DNA from: a virus
Lineage: Duplodnaviria; Caudoviricetes
IMG/VR virus record: IMGVR_UViG_3300028840_000761
Coordinates: 772 to 64,771 of that record
DNA: 64,000 nucleotides
Direction: 5' to 3' (one strand)
Of the stretch, positions 28,268 through 37,480 are shown one piece after another (the stretch's first letter is position 1; each line of letters begins with the position of its first letter). The notes below the pieces were generated by a model. The model searched no databases, had not been told where the DNA came from, and saw only the letters and a list, made by a program, of their open reading frames with translations. The position numbers were made by a program, and so were the translations under genes.

Positions 28268-30261
28268 TTCGCCTCCGCATAGTTCATAGCCACATCACCG
28301 GATGCGGCTAGTGGTAGGTCTTTGCACCAAGGCAGAGGTACGGACATGATCTGGCAACAATCAACCAGTGCCGCATCGGCCTGTTCCTCTCGCACGACGC
28401 ACACAACCTCGTCATGCACAGTCAGCACGACACGGTAACGCTTGCTGATCTCAAGCATACCGTAAGCTAGGATGATCCGGCTTAGAGCCTGCACGATATT
28501 CTCCACCAGCTTGGCCCCGTAGATATACTGAGTGTCCCTGCCCCTGCCCTTGAGTCCGTCGTACACCCACTGGGTGCCACCGTCCTCGTCATCGGTCTCG
28601 ATCATGCGCAGGTTCTTGTAGTGCAGAGCTGTGCCATTCGGTAGGTGGAGCCTGTCCTGACTGGTCGTCAGCACACCGAACTCCTTCTTCTCGCCAGCGT
28701 GCATGGCCCGGAGAATCTTCTCCCCGGTGCGCCAGTACGCCTTGATCTGCTTGTTCAAACCACGATACATATCGATCAGGAACTTGGAGCAGACAGCGTG
28801 AGCGAGCAGATCATCGCCGTGTAGTTTGGTGGTTGTCTTGGCGCATAACTCCATGTCGATCTTTGGTGTAGCTACGATCCTGCCTGAGTCATTCAGCACA
28901 TGGTCATACAGAGCGACGCCAAGGGTTTCGGAAAAGGGAACATCAAACAGGATGGGGTCAGCACCGAGTGGGCCAGACGCTAGGAACCCACCGAACCGTA
29001 GCCATCCCATACCATAGCCACATCCAAGGACGAGTGCCTTGCCGAGCTGACGTTCGAGCTTGTCAGCCTTGGTGATGTCTCGTTGAAAGACACGGGTTGC
29101 CATGCCACAGTAGACGTCCTTACCTGCGGCGAAGTCCTCAAGCAGATCATCCTGTCCGGCGATCCACGCCAACACACGGGCTTCGATCTGTTCAAGGTCA
29201 GCGACAACCAGACGGTAACCCGGAGGAGCACAGATAGAACGACGCAGTTCACCACCACGGGGGAGGTTCTGCAAGTTCTGCTTCTCCAGTGCTGACCATC
29301 GGAGGGTGTTGGCCGCCCCATAGATTTGCAGGGCGACAGGGAGAGGGCCACGCTCGGCGATCCCGAGGAACCGCTGGGTTCGGGACTCCTCGATAGATGA
29401 CTTCACACCCATCCTAGCCATGGCCAGAGCCTGCACCTCTGGTTTCGGATGGTCAAGCAGGGCAGTCATCCCCTCATCTGTTTTGGCGAAGGCATAAGTC
29501 TCCTTGCCTGTGGTCTTGCTGATCTTGGTCGGTGGCTCTACCCCGTGGGCACGGAGGAGATCAGCAAACTGTGGGTTACTACGCAGTGCCTTGATGTCCT
29601 GCCCGACACTGGCTAGGAGTTGTTCTTTATTGTTGGTGACATCGTAGAGGTGGTCTTCGAGTACGCCCTTGTCCAGTTCGAGAACCGGATCACAGTACAT
29701 GCGGATGGTCAGGTCAATCAGTTTCAGTTCCTCAACCGGAACATACTTTTTCATGATCTGGAATGCACGGTAGGTGAGGTTGCAGTCCGAGTCCTGATTG
29801 GTAGCGCAGTAGCCACCAAGCGCACGTTGCTCCTCGTCAGTCAGCTCCCACTTGTGCATGGTGTTGACCAGCTCATCGCCCTTCTCCCCAATCTTCAGGC
29901 GTTGGGCGATGTACTTCAGGCTCGCCCGCTCTTGTGGAAAGAGCAGGCGAGTCATCGACTTGGTATCAAGATACATGGCGGGGTGGATACCGAAGTGCTC
30001 ATGCAGGATGAACCCATCGAACAGGGTGTTCTGCCCGAGCAGGGCGATCTCATGCCACGGTAGCTGGGGGAGGCTGTCATAGATAAGGTCTCCGTACCAG
30101 TACACAGGCGGTCGATCTTCCCACTTCACACCGACGCCATGTATCTTGAAGTGCTTGTGACGGACGTACTCCTCGGTGGTCATCTTCGACAGCGTGATAT
30201 TCTCCCCGGTCTCGGGGTGCTTACCGTATGCTGTCTCGAAGTCGAGGGTAACTAGAATCAT
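28264..30261 (-). CDS. Family A DNA polymerase with 3'-5' exonuclease domain
   Basis: Exonuclease LDFET; motif A ADLEQIEARV; motif B RQLGKALVLGCGYG; motif C LTVHDEV. Confidence 0.95.
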   Translation of the reverse strand: MILVTLDFETAYGKHPETGENITLSKMTTEEYVRHKHFKIHGVGVKWEDRPPVYWYGDLIYDSLPQLPWHEIALLGQNTLFDGFILHEHFGIHPAMYLDTKSMTRLLFPQERASLKYIAQRLKIGEKGDELVNTMHKWELTDEEQRALGGYCATNQDSDCNLTYRAFQIMKKYVPVEELKLIDLTIRMYCDPVLELDKGVLEDHLYDVTNNKEQLLASVGQDIKALRSNPQFADLLRAHGVEPPTKISKTTGKETYAFAKTDEGMTALLDHPKPEVQALAMARMGVKSSIEESRTQRFLGIAERGPLPVALQIYGAANTLRWSALEKQNLQNLPRGGELRRSICAPPGYRLVVADLEQIEARVLAWIAGQDDLLEDFAAGKDVYCGMATRVFQRDITKADKLERQLGKALVLGCGYGMGWLRFGGFLASGPLGADPILFDVPFSETLGVALYDHVLNDSGRIVATPKIDMELCAKTTTKLHGDDLLAHAVCSKFLIDMYRGLNKQIKAYWRTGEKILRAMHAGEKKEFGVLTTSQDRLHLPNGTALHYKNLRMIETDDEDGGTQWVYDGLKGRGRDTQYIYGAKLVENIVQALSRIILAYGMLEISKRYRVVLTVHDEVVCVVREEQADAALVDCCQIMSVPLPWCKDLPLAASGDVAMNYAEAK

Positions 30262-30270
30262 AGTGGTCTC

Positions 30271-30759
30271 CTAGTAGCAGAAGTCGTCGCCGGGTTGCGG
30301 GTAGACCCGCTCACCAGTTACCGGATCATCGTAGCACCCGTCAGATACGAGGCTACCTACTGGGGCACCACCAGATTCAGCACCAGCGCCCCCGCCACTA
30401 TCACTATCGCCGCCACCAGAGCCACCACTACCAGAGCCTCCACCGGCTCCACCGTTCCCTTCCGAACCTGAGCCACCTCCGTTACCAGAGCCACCAGAAC
30501 CACCGCCACCATTATTACCACCGTTACCACCTGAACCATTGGAGCCTCCGTTACCGCCCCCTGCGTTGCCGTTGCCGGAGTCGTTGCCTTGGTTACCACC
30601 ATCGACACCACCGACTCCACCACCGGAGTTACCCCCACCATGGCCACCATGGCCACCACCTTGTCCTGAGTTACCGGCATCACTGCCGTTGCCACGCCCC
30701 GCATAACAAGGGGCAGTGGCGATGATCAGAACGACCAGATATACAATAAGTTTTTTCAT
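30271..30759 (-). CDS. Secreted glycine-rich protein
   Basis: Signal peptide MKKLIVYLVVLIIATAPCYA, a long G/N/S low-complexity body and a two-Cys C-terminus. Confidence 0.7.
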   Translation of the reverse strand: MKKLIVYLVVLIIATAPCYAGRGNGSDAGNSGQGGGHGGHGGGNSGGGVGGVDGGNQGNDSGNGNAGGGNGGSNGSGGNGGNNGGGGSGGSGNGGGSGSEGNGGAGGGSGSGGSGGGDSDSGGGAGAESGGAPVGSLVSDGCYDDPVTGERVYPQPGDDFCY

Positions 30760-30761
30760 GG

Positions 30762-30965
30762 TTATTTCCTCCTGCATCCGTCAGAGTTTATGACGGGGTC
30801 AAAGATAGAATGAGTTCTGTCGATGTTGCTGTGGCACAACGGACAGAACTTCCGGATCGTACCTTTGAAGTTATAAGGCACGTCGACTTTGGTAGGTACC
30901 CCGCACTTCATGCAGGGTACCTTGATCGTCTTGGGTTTATATGGGTCGTACTGGATGGTGCTCAT
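30762..30965 (-). CDS. Small zinc-ribbon protein
   Basis: CMKCG...FCPLC. Confidence 0.6.
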   Translation of the reverse strand: MSTIQYDPYKPKTIKVPCMKCGVPTKVDVPYNFKGTIRKFCPLCHSNIDRTHSIFDPVINSDGCRRK

Positions 30966-31315
30966 CTGACACGCCCCTCAAGGTGAGACCACAACATCGC
31001 CTTGAGTTTGTTGTCCGTCAAGGACAGGGTCGAGTAGTACAGGGGAATCCTGATGTGGATATCCCCTTCCTTCGGGACGAGGTGGCACAGCGTACCGGCA
31101 CGGTTGACGAACGCTGTCCACTTGGCGAAGGTGCTACAATCCAGTGCCTTCTCTTCGAGAGAGGCCCGGAGATCACAACCACGTTTGAGGTGGATGCCAT
31201 TGATTGTCGGGGTGCTGGTCAGACCAATGGCCTTTTCGAGGCGAGCGCGTGCTTCTCTTCGCATCGCTTCGCGGCGGGTGTAACATGTACTTTCGTCATA
31301 CCATCTTGCTCTCAT
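30962..31315 (-). CDS. Hypothetical protein
   Basis: SD TAAGGAG; ATGA overlap with the next gene. Confidence 0.6.
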   Translation of the reverse strand: MRARWYDESTCYTRREAMRREARARLEKAIGLTSTPTINGIHLKRGCDLRASLEEKALDCSTFAKWTAFVNRAGTLCHLVPKEGDIHIRIPLYYSTLSLTDNKLKAMLWSHLEGRVR

Positions 31316-31318
31316 AGT

Positions 31319-31516
31319 CTATCTCCTTACGTTAATGTAACCGGGAATCCGGTAAGTAAAGTACCGGCATCGCTTGCCACTACTGGCAGTGCGACACTGG
31401 CTGTCAAATTTGTCGGTGTGCACCAGCTTCTCGTGGTGTGCACACCAACCCAAAACCTTCGCTCCTTTCTCTCGTTTGGGTCGGCGTTTACTCAGCCGAG
31501 TCCTCTTTCTTGACAT
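31319..31516 (-). CDS. Small basic Cys/His protein
   Basis: MSRKRTRLSKRRPK...WCAHH...C...C. Start set after GAGG. Confidence 0.5.
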   Translation of the reverse strand: MSRKRTRLSKRRPKREKGAKVLGWCAHHEKLVHTDKFDSQCRTASSGKRCRYFTYRIPGYINVRR

Positions 31517-31721
31517 ACGTCGCCTCAAGTTTTTCAAGCATGACACGACTGCGGCTGTCGGGCACAGTCTTACCGTTGCACCACCGGTTGACCGTGGCAA
31601 ACGACACACCCAGTACGTCAGCGAGCTGTGCCTGAGTACGGTGCAGTGCCGCAAGGATTGCCTTGACCCGTGCCGGTGCATTGTCGGTCGTCCACGGAGT
31701 CAATACGAGGTTGCCTTTCAT
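31488..31721 (-). CDS. XRE-family HTH transcriptional regulator
   Basis: RTQAQLADVLGVSFATVNRWCNGKTVP. Confidence 0.85.
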   Translation of the reverse strand: MKGNLVLTPWTTDNAPARVKAILAALHRTQAQLADVLGVSFATVNRWCNGKTVPDSRSRVMLEKLEATYVKKEDSAE

Positions 31722-31735
31722 AGGCATCTCCTTTC

Positions 31736-31767
31736 AAAAGGTGCGGGGTCTGACGAGCAGACCCCGC
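31736..31767 (-). terminator. Hairpin, probable terminator or attenuator
   Basis: GCGGGGTCTG-ACGAG-CAGACCCCGC (10-bp stem), followed on the - strand by ACCTTTT. Confidence 0.55.
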
Positions 31768-31775
31768 TGTTCGAG

Positions 31776-31982
31776 TTACCACCCGTGTCTGCAATAAGAC
31801 AGCTCAAAGGTGGCGCTGATGCTGTAGACCGGATACGTGTCATGTAGCGATCTCAACTTCAGCTTCCATCCATCTTCTTCTCGCTCGATCCTGTGGTCTT
31901 TGATAGCACCACGCTGACCAAGCGAGGGATCGAAGAAGCCGGGGTTGGCTAACTTCAATCGGTTAATCGTGGGTTTAATCAT
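31776..31982 (-). CDS. Hypothetical protein
   Basis: SD AAGGGAG; first gene after the promoter at 32058-86. Confidence 0.55.
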   Translation of the reverse strand: MIKPTINRLKLANPGFFDPSLGQRGAIKDHRIEREEDGWKLKLRSLHDTYPVYSISATFELSYCRHGW

Positions 31983-32057
31983 AGGCAATCTCCCTTCGTT
32001 CTAGGAGCTAGGCTGAGCCAGCCTAGCTAGTATGGTGCCACACACAGATAGATATAC

Positions 32058-32086
32058 CTTATACCACATGATATAATCAGGGTCAA
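32058..32086 (-). promoter_or_regulatory. Sigma70-like promoter with extended -10
   Basis: TTGACC(32086-81)-17 nt-TATAAG(32063-58) with a TGn extension, in an AT-rich gap. Confidence 0.6.
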
Positions 32087-32119
32087 TAAGATTATCAAAA
32101 AATGTGTGGCACAGGACAA

Positions 32120-32404
32120 TTAAAGTCCGAGCTTCCTGATCAACTCCTCATCGGACGGACAAGGATCATCAGCTGTCACCTTGTCATACCGACTCCCGCC
32201 ATTGTAGCGACGGGTGATCTCCGTTCTAATCTCCCTGCTCTTTAGGTCACGGGCAGACGAGCGGTCGAAGTTCTCCAACTCTTCCAGTGCCTTCTTCAGG
32301 GTGGAGTCAGCGAGGTTTCGGATCACGTACGGGGCGGACGGGGTATCCAGCTCCTCACCTTTACAGCCGGTTTGAAACCGATACTCGCCTCGCTTGCCGA
32401 GCAT
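32120..32404 (-). CDS. Hypothetical protein
   Basis: 94-aa ORF in the early arm; the start is uncertain. Confidence 0.45.
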   Translation of the reverse strand: MLGKRGEYRFQTGCKGEELDTPSAPYVIRNLADSTLKKALEELENFDRSSARDLKSREIRTEITRRYNGGSRYDKVTADDPCPSDEELIRKLGL

Positions 32405-32517
32405 CTCCTCGGACGCGACAGGCGTAGGGGATACAGGTGGTCGCCTACCCTTGTAGTAAGATGTGATTGGGTCAGCATCTACCTCAAAGATTGGCCCCGC
32501 CTGTACCTGTACCCCGT

Positions 32518-32841
32518 CTACTTTCCCAACAGAGAGGCGAACTCTTTGTTGACAAGTTTGAGCACAGCCTGACGCTCGGCCCGGTCAAACAACATCTTGG
32601 CCTGTGCGATCAAGACCAGCTCATCATCGTTGAATCCACGGGTCATGACTGCACTCGTGGTGCCGAGGCCGACAGTGACCAGCTCGGACAGGTTCTTCTT
32701 GGTGAGGTACGCCCCGATCTGCGAGCGGGTCAGCTCAGTGGTCAGGTCACCGGTCACCGGCATAGCCAGCGACAGTTGGTTCCCATCGAGTTTACCAACA
32801 AACACTTCACCATCTACCTTCACGACTTTACAATTTTCCAT
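32518..32841 (-). CDS. Hypothetical protein
   Basis: SD AAAGGAG; phage-typical codon use. Confidence 0.7.
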   Translation of the reverse strand: MENCKVVKVDGEVFVGKLDGNQLSLAMPVTGDLTTELTRSQIGAYLTKKNLSELVTVGLGTTSAVMTRGFNDDELVLIAQAKMLFDRAERQAVLKLVNKEFASLLGK

Positions 32842-32882
32842 GACATTTCTCCTTTGGTTGGTGACAGGTTGATACCTGCCGG

Positions 32883-34004
32883 TTAGTTTGCAATCTGCTT
32901 GAGTTCTTTACCGATGCCCTCGAAGTCAAGCAGTTGCTGGTACACTGGGTCTGTATCAAAGAGGATCATGGACTTGATAACTTCCAGCTCATCCTCCGTG
33001 AACTGATGGACGAGGCCGTGCAGGATATGACCACAGGTACAGTCACACCATGTCTCCCCACACATCAGGCACTGTCTGCTATGGCCGTCCGTCATCTCTT
33101 CGTCGATGAAGTCCCAGAACAGTATTTCAAGCAGGTCGAGGTCGTCCTCCTGCCAGTCACGTTCCGGCTGCCTTGTGCCGTCGCCGTCGTCCTCATCTTC
33201 TTCCATGTAATCAGCAGTGGTGACGTTGTTGAACTTCGAGTATCCGTAGTAATCGTAGTCGTCATAACCCCCGTACTTGTACCCGTTTCCGTAACTGCGA
33301 AATCGGGGCACCACCGGATACAGTTCGGTAAGCGGATCGACGATCATATCGATGACACGATCCACGGTCAGGAGGAGTTCGTCGAAATGCTGGTACTCAC
33401 GGCTGGAGTGTTGTTCATAGTAGCCGATGGACAGGTTGACGCTCGGAATGAAGTACGCATCAGTCAGGTCAGCGATGTCGGAGTAGCTACCCCATCCGGA
33501 CTTGAAGCCGAACGACTCGACGTACTGCTCGACTTTCTTGTCGATGTCGGCGTAGGTCACATACTCGGTGGCACCCTTGCGATCGAGTTCCACCATGAGA
33601 TTGATGTGCTCGATCTGCAACTCATCCGAGGTGATGAACGCCTTGACGCCACGGCCACCGCTCTCCTCGTAGTTGGTGATAAGGATGCTAGGCTTGGCCA
33701 GCTTAGCTTCCTCGCACTCCCTGAGTACCTCGATGATACCGAAGATACCGGCCCGGTCATCCCCGCCGAGCGGATCAGGGTGCTTGTTGGTCAGGACGTT
33801 ACGGTTCACCACGACCTTGCACTTCTTGCGGGTCACGGTATCCATGTGAGCCACGAGCAGGATCGGACTGGCGTTGTCCTGATAGAAATAGTTATCTCCA
33901 TCTGTGATGTAGTCTCCTTTCTTGAAGTAGTTCTTTTGCAGGTACTTGAATATCTGTTCGTTAGGAACCTCCAGCAGTTTGACGAACTCTTTGAGCTTGG
34001 TCAT
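32883..34004 (-). CDS. M20/M28-family zinc metallopeptidase
   Basis: LLVAHMDTV, LGGDDRAG, EESGGRG, ELDRKG, SYSDI and SVNLSIGYYEQH. Confidence 0.8.
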   Translation of the reverse strand: MTKLKEFVKLLEVPNEQIFKYLQKNYFKKGDYITDGDNYFYQDNASPILLVAHMDTVTRKKCKVVVNRNVLTNKHPDPLGGDDRAGIFGIIEVLRECEEAKLAKPSILITNYEESGGRGVKAFITSDELQIEHINLMVELDRKGATEYVTYADIDKKVEQYVESFGFKSGWGSYSDIADLTDAYFIPSVNLSIGYYEQHSSREYQHFDELLLTVDRVIDMIVDPLTELYPVVPRFRSYGNGYKYGGYDDYDYYGYSKFNNVTTADYMEEDEDDGDGTRQPERDWQEDDLDLLEILFWDFIDEEMTDGHSRQCLMCGETWCDCTCGHILHGLVHQFTEDELEVIKSMILFDTDPVYQQLLDFEGIGKELKQIAN

Positions 34005-36061
34005 TATATTGCCTCCTCTTCTGGTTCGGCGCAGTCTTCACAGACTCCGTCCTCGTTAAGATCATCGGTGTCACACAGGACGGCGCACTCATTACACCCA
34101 GAGAAGTTGTCCTCTAGGCACGCTTGGCACACCTCGCGTCCGTCCTCAGCGATGGTCGTTATGGTGTCGTTCTCCTTGTACTCGTGGCAGATGTCACATT
34201 CTGTGACGTGATCACCCTGACAGTCTGAGCAGTAGGTGTGCCCGCTCTCGGTGTAGATGTAGTCATCGGTGTAGTCATAGCATTCTTCGCATCCGACCAA
34301 CCCTTGGTTTTCTATGCAGTGTGGACACCAGCTATCACCGGAGACCGACCGTGCATCGTCGTTCGAGGTGGTCTCGCCACAATGGGCACAGTGGAAGTAG
34401 GACTCATAGAAGCACGCCTCACAGTACGAATCCCAGTCGGTGTAGTACGCGTTATCGGTGCTGACTTCATCTCCGCAACAACCACAGCTGGTGTATGACT
34501 CATAGTAACAGGACTCACAGTGGGTGCGCCCATGCTGGTCACGGTATATATCGTTCTGACCGACATGCCCATCACAACCACAGCAGATGCCGTCGCTATT
34601 GGTGTGATATGAGCAGTCAGGGCAAAGGATAGCGGAGGTGGAGATGCCGGTCTCATCACAGAAGATACAGGCGACCCGCTTGAACGGTGGCGTGGCGGCC
34701 TGTGGGTGCGAGTGCCGTTCGGAATCATGACGTAGATAGTCAGACTCCCCGCCATCGAAGTACACGCCATACGCATACGACTGGCTACACAGCCCAGCCG
34801 ACCGCTTGATCCAGTGGTTGTGGAGTCCCATGGTACGGGCGATCGAACGCTCAATGACCTGACGTCCGAGCTTACGGTGGTGGTCGGTGAATGATCCGTA
34901 GCTCCGGCTGAAGATGAAGTCTAGGCCGGACTGGCCTAGGTAGACAAAGGCACGACCAGTTTTCTTGGTCGGCGTTCCGACATAACAGAGGAACGTGAAG
35001 TCATCCCTGAGATAAGACGCCACCGATGCGAAGTACTCACCACCCGGGCGCAGACAGGAGCTGAAGCCACCATCATGCGAGCAGGTCAGGATGTCACTCG
35101 GGTTGGCTGACAGGTACATGTCAATGAACGGTGACCCGAGGATTTCTCCCAGCTTCGACCAGAAGATACTTGCCCGGTACACACCCTCTTTACTGCGTGA
35201 GCCTGTCTCTTGCAGTACCCACTGGGATATTGCGCTGTCGCCATCACCGACCAAGTTCTTCAGGAAACGAGTCGCTTTGTGCTCGACTCCCTGAGAGTCG
35301 GTGATCAACGCCCGAGGCGTGGTCGTGAGCGTGAAGCCATTCTCATTCTCCAGCTGTTCGATCCAGTGCCTGAGCTGAGGGCCGAGATGATCCCGGCTGT
35401 TCTCGGGCAGGTCGACCTTGACCTTGAGTCGGAGCGTGTCCGGATTCAGACCAAGCAGGTTGGTCACACGGTGTTTGTTGTCAACGAACTCTTCAACGTG
35501 TTCCTCACACAGTTCGCCGACAGGCAGGCCACATTCCATCATTCTCTGACGGAACTCCTCGTAAATAGTCATACGATAGTCCTCCTCTATGGCTGTGAAG
35601 TTAATGTCTGGCTCCTCATCCTCGTCCACAATGGGCGGGGCCGGAGGTTCGGGTGTCTCATAAATCGTGAAGTTGTTCCATGTACCGATCTCACCATTGA
35701 CAAGCTCGCCGAGTGACTGACCGGTAAGGCGGTTGGTCGACTGAACAGCTGTGTTGTAGGTCACGCTCTCAACATTGGCACGTAGCTCTGCCATGTGCTG
35801 ACCGTACAGCTTGCGCCATTCGCCAAGTATGTTGAAGTTGGCTGAGTCAGCCGCCTCATCCGTGATAACAGCGGTCGCTGTATACCCACTGATCGTGTCA
35901 CTGATCTCCAACTGGGTTGTGCACGCCACATCAAACGGCTCGTACCTGCGGAAGCGTACGGTATCGCTACCCCGTGGCCGGAACCCAAACCTCTCGGAGA
36001 AAGGGACATAGTCAGCGGTACTGGCTAGACCGGTACGCCACAAGCGGGATAGAAATGACAT
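34004..36061 (-). CDS. Capsid-paralogue fragment in frame with a multi-zinc-finger protein (internal start likely at 35572)
   Basis: Residues ~25-136 align with the MCP at 62416. GAGGAGG precedes Met at 35572. The C-terminal third carries 14 CxxC motifs. Confidence 0.7.
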   Translation of the reverse strand: MSFLSRLWRTGLASTADYVPFSERFGFRPRGSDTVRFRRYEPFDVACTTQLEISDTISGYTATAVITDEAADSANFNILGEWRKLYGQHMAELRANVESVTYNTAVQSTNRLTGQSLGELVNGEIGTWNNFTIYETPEPPAPPIVDEDEEPDINFTAIEEDYRMTIYEEFRQRMMECGLPVGELCEEHVEEFVDNKHRVTNLLGLNPDTLRLKVKVDLPENSRDHLGPQLRHWIEQLENENGFTLTTTPRALITDSQGVEHKATRFLKNLVGDGDSAISQWVLQETGSRSKEGVYRASIFWSKLGEILGSPFIDMYLSANPSDILTCSHDGGFSSCLRPGGEYFASVASYLRDDFTFLCYVGTPTKKTGRAFVYLGQSGLDFIFSRSYGSFTDHHRKLGRQVIERSIARTMGLHNHWIKRSAGLCSQSYAYGVYFDGGESDYLRHDSERHSHPQAATPPFKRVACIFCDETGISTSAILCPDCSYHTNSDGICCGCDGHVGQNDIYRDQHGRTHCESCYYESYTSCGCCGDEVSTDNAYYTDWDSYCEACFYESYFHCAHCGETTSNDDARSVSGDSWCPHCIENQGLVGCEECYDYTDDYIYTESGHTYCSDCQGDHVTECDICHEYKENDTITTIAEDGREVCQACLEDNFSGCNECAVLCDTDDLNEDGVCEDCAEPEEEAI

Positions 36062-36064
36062 TGA

Positions 36065-36268
36065 TCACCCCGCTTTCTCCCTGTCATGCTTCTCGCACAG
36101 GGCATCACTGACTTCTTTGAGGTGTGCCACACACTCTTCCAACCGGCCACTCATCATACTGATGGTGAAGTACGGGACGTTCAACCCTTCCGGTTCCACG
36201 CAGAATAGTATGCGTGCGGCGTAGGTGGCGAAGTCATGCAACAATTCGTTCTCTTTCTTTTTGTTCAT
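36065..36268 (-). CDS. Hypothetical early protein
   Basis: SD AAAGGAGG immediately after the palindrome at 36289. Confidence 0.7.
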   Translation of the reverse strand: MNKKKENELLHDFATYAARILFCVEPEGLNVPYFTISMMSGRLEECVAHLKEVSDALCEKHDREKAG

Positions 36269-36303
36269 CGTTCCTCCTTTCTGAGGAGCTAGGCTGGGTC
36301 AGC

Positions 36304-36795
36304 CTAGCTCTCGTATTCGGCGTCCGACAGGCAGGAGTCGGCGTCGGAGATGTAGGTACGTGCCCGGTCGATGTACTCCATGATTCTCTGGTGCGTATCG
36401 GAATCGACAGAGTTATCCAGACGCTCAACCAACTGGTTCATCTGCCACTCGGAGATTTCCTGTGCCATATACATCAGGGCACTCAGGTTGGACAGACGGA
36501 AGGTGATCTGCTCGTGCTTGGTCACGATGTTCTCCTCTTCCTCGGTCTCGGTCGAGATCACCGGGACTTTCGGTTCCTGACAACATGTGGTACGGGGCAG
36601 TGCTTCGAGGTCGATGTCCTCGGACACACCACCGGCGATGACGTGGCCACAGTCCGGGCACACTACGCTGTGGATGGTGTTGATCACAGGTTCGTTGACC
36701 TGCGTCTGCTTGGTCAGCGCGATAGTCGGCTGGCCGGACGCATCATCAAGGGACAGGGAAAAAGTGGTGTTGCCGTTAGTGAGTGTACGTTCCAT
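36304..36795 (-). CDS. Hypothetical early protein (CPDC motif)
   Basis: SD TAAGGAGG; the TAG stop is supplied by the palindrome. Confidence 0.7.
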   Translation of the reverse strand: MERTLTNGNTTFSLSLDDASGQPTIALTKQTQVNEPVINTIHSVVCPDCGHVIAGGVSEDIDLEALPRTTCCQEPKVPVISTETEEEENIVTKHEQITFRLSNLSALMYMAQEISEWQMNQLVERLDNSVDSDTHQRIMEYIDRARTYISDADSCLSDAEYES

Positions 36796-36807
36796 TGGTA
36801 GACCTCC

Positions 36808-37245
36808 TTAGTCTAGGGTGATGCCGAGATCGGCACAGAGACGGTCGAGCTTCTTCTCGATCGCCAACAGTTTGGCAGAGATGATCCCTTCCATGTGGTG
36901 CATGAACGACAGCAGTTCATCACTGGACAGGGGCGGTTCGGGTACGGGTTGCGACTCCACACCGATCGGCGCAGGGTCAGGGCCAAGGATGAACAGCTTC
37001 GCTCCGTACTTACCCTTCTGTATGGAGACATGCACTTCATCCCTCTCGATCAGGACATTCAAGCGGTTCTGCACAGTGTGCGCGGCCAGCTTGTAGCCCT
37101 GCCTGTCGTGGAACTTCTTGGCCAAGTCCTTGACGGCCAGCCCTTTTGGATGAGCCTTGCCGAGCAAGTCTTTGATGGCCTCAAGCTCCATCTCGATTGC
37201 CTTTTGGACAGTCGGACTGTTGTACTGGTTGTCTCCCCTTGGCAT
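36808..37245 (-). CDS. Putative winged-helix DNA-binding protein
   Basis: GLAVKDLAKK...AHTVQNRLNVLIERDEV...GAKLF pattern; SD AAAGGAGG. Confidence 0.5.
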   Translation of the reverse strand: MPRGDNQYNSPTVQKAIEMELEAIKDLLGKAHPKGLAVKDLAKKFHDRQGYKLAAHTVQNRLNVLIERDEVHVSIQKGKYGAKLFILGPDPAPIGVESQPVPEPPLSSDELLSFMHHMEGIISAKLLAIEKKLDRLCADLGITLD

Positions 37246-37259
37246 GGGAGTCCTCCTTT

Positions 37260-37478
37260 CTACGGGCAACACCCGCAACAGGGTGCATCTTCGCACCGGT
37301 CAACGACACCGATCTGGTTGCCTTCGCCATCGAAGACACCGTTCGGATTCAGCAGGCTGTTGAGCTGAGCATGGCACATGTGATAGCCACACACATCACA
37401 GCCCGCACCATACTCATCGTACTCCAGAAATTCTGGAGTGATACGGTTCCCACAGCTGGGACATTCCATTGTTCTCAT
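37260..37478 (-). CDS. Small Cys-rich protein
   Basis: CPSCG, CDVCG and a C-terminal CEDAPCCGCC. Confidence 0.65.
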   Translation of the reverse strand: MRTMECPSCGNRITPEFLEYDEYGAGCDVCGYHMCHAQLNSLLNPNGVFDGEGNQIGVVDRCEDAPCCGCCP

Positions 37479-37480
37479 AG

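Noticed and set aside
31488-31721. A lysogeny module inferred from the XRE gene and Leu at the PolA 762-equivalent position
   Set aside because: No integrase, partition genes or divergent cI/cro switch were recognised, so lifestyle cannot be called from these hints.
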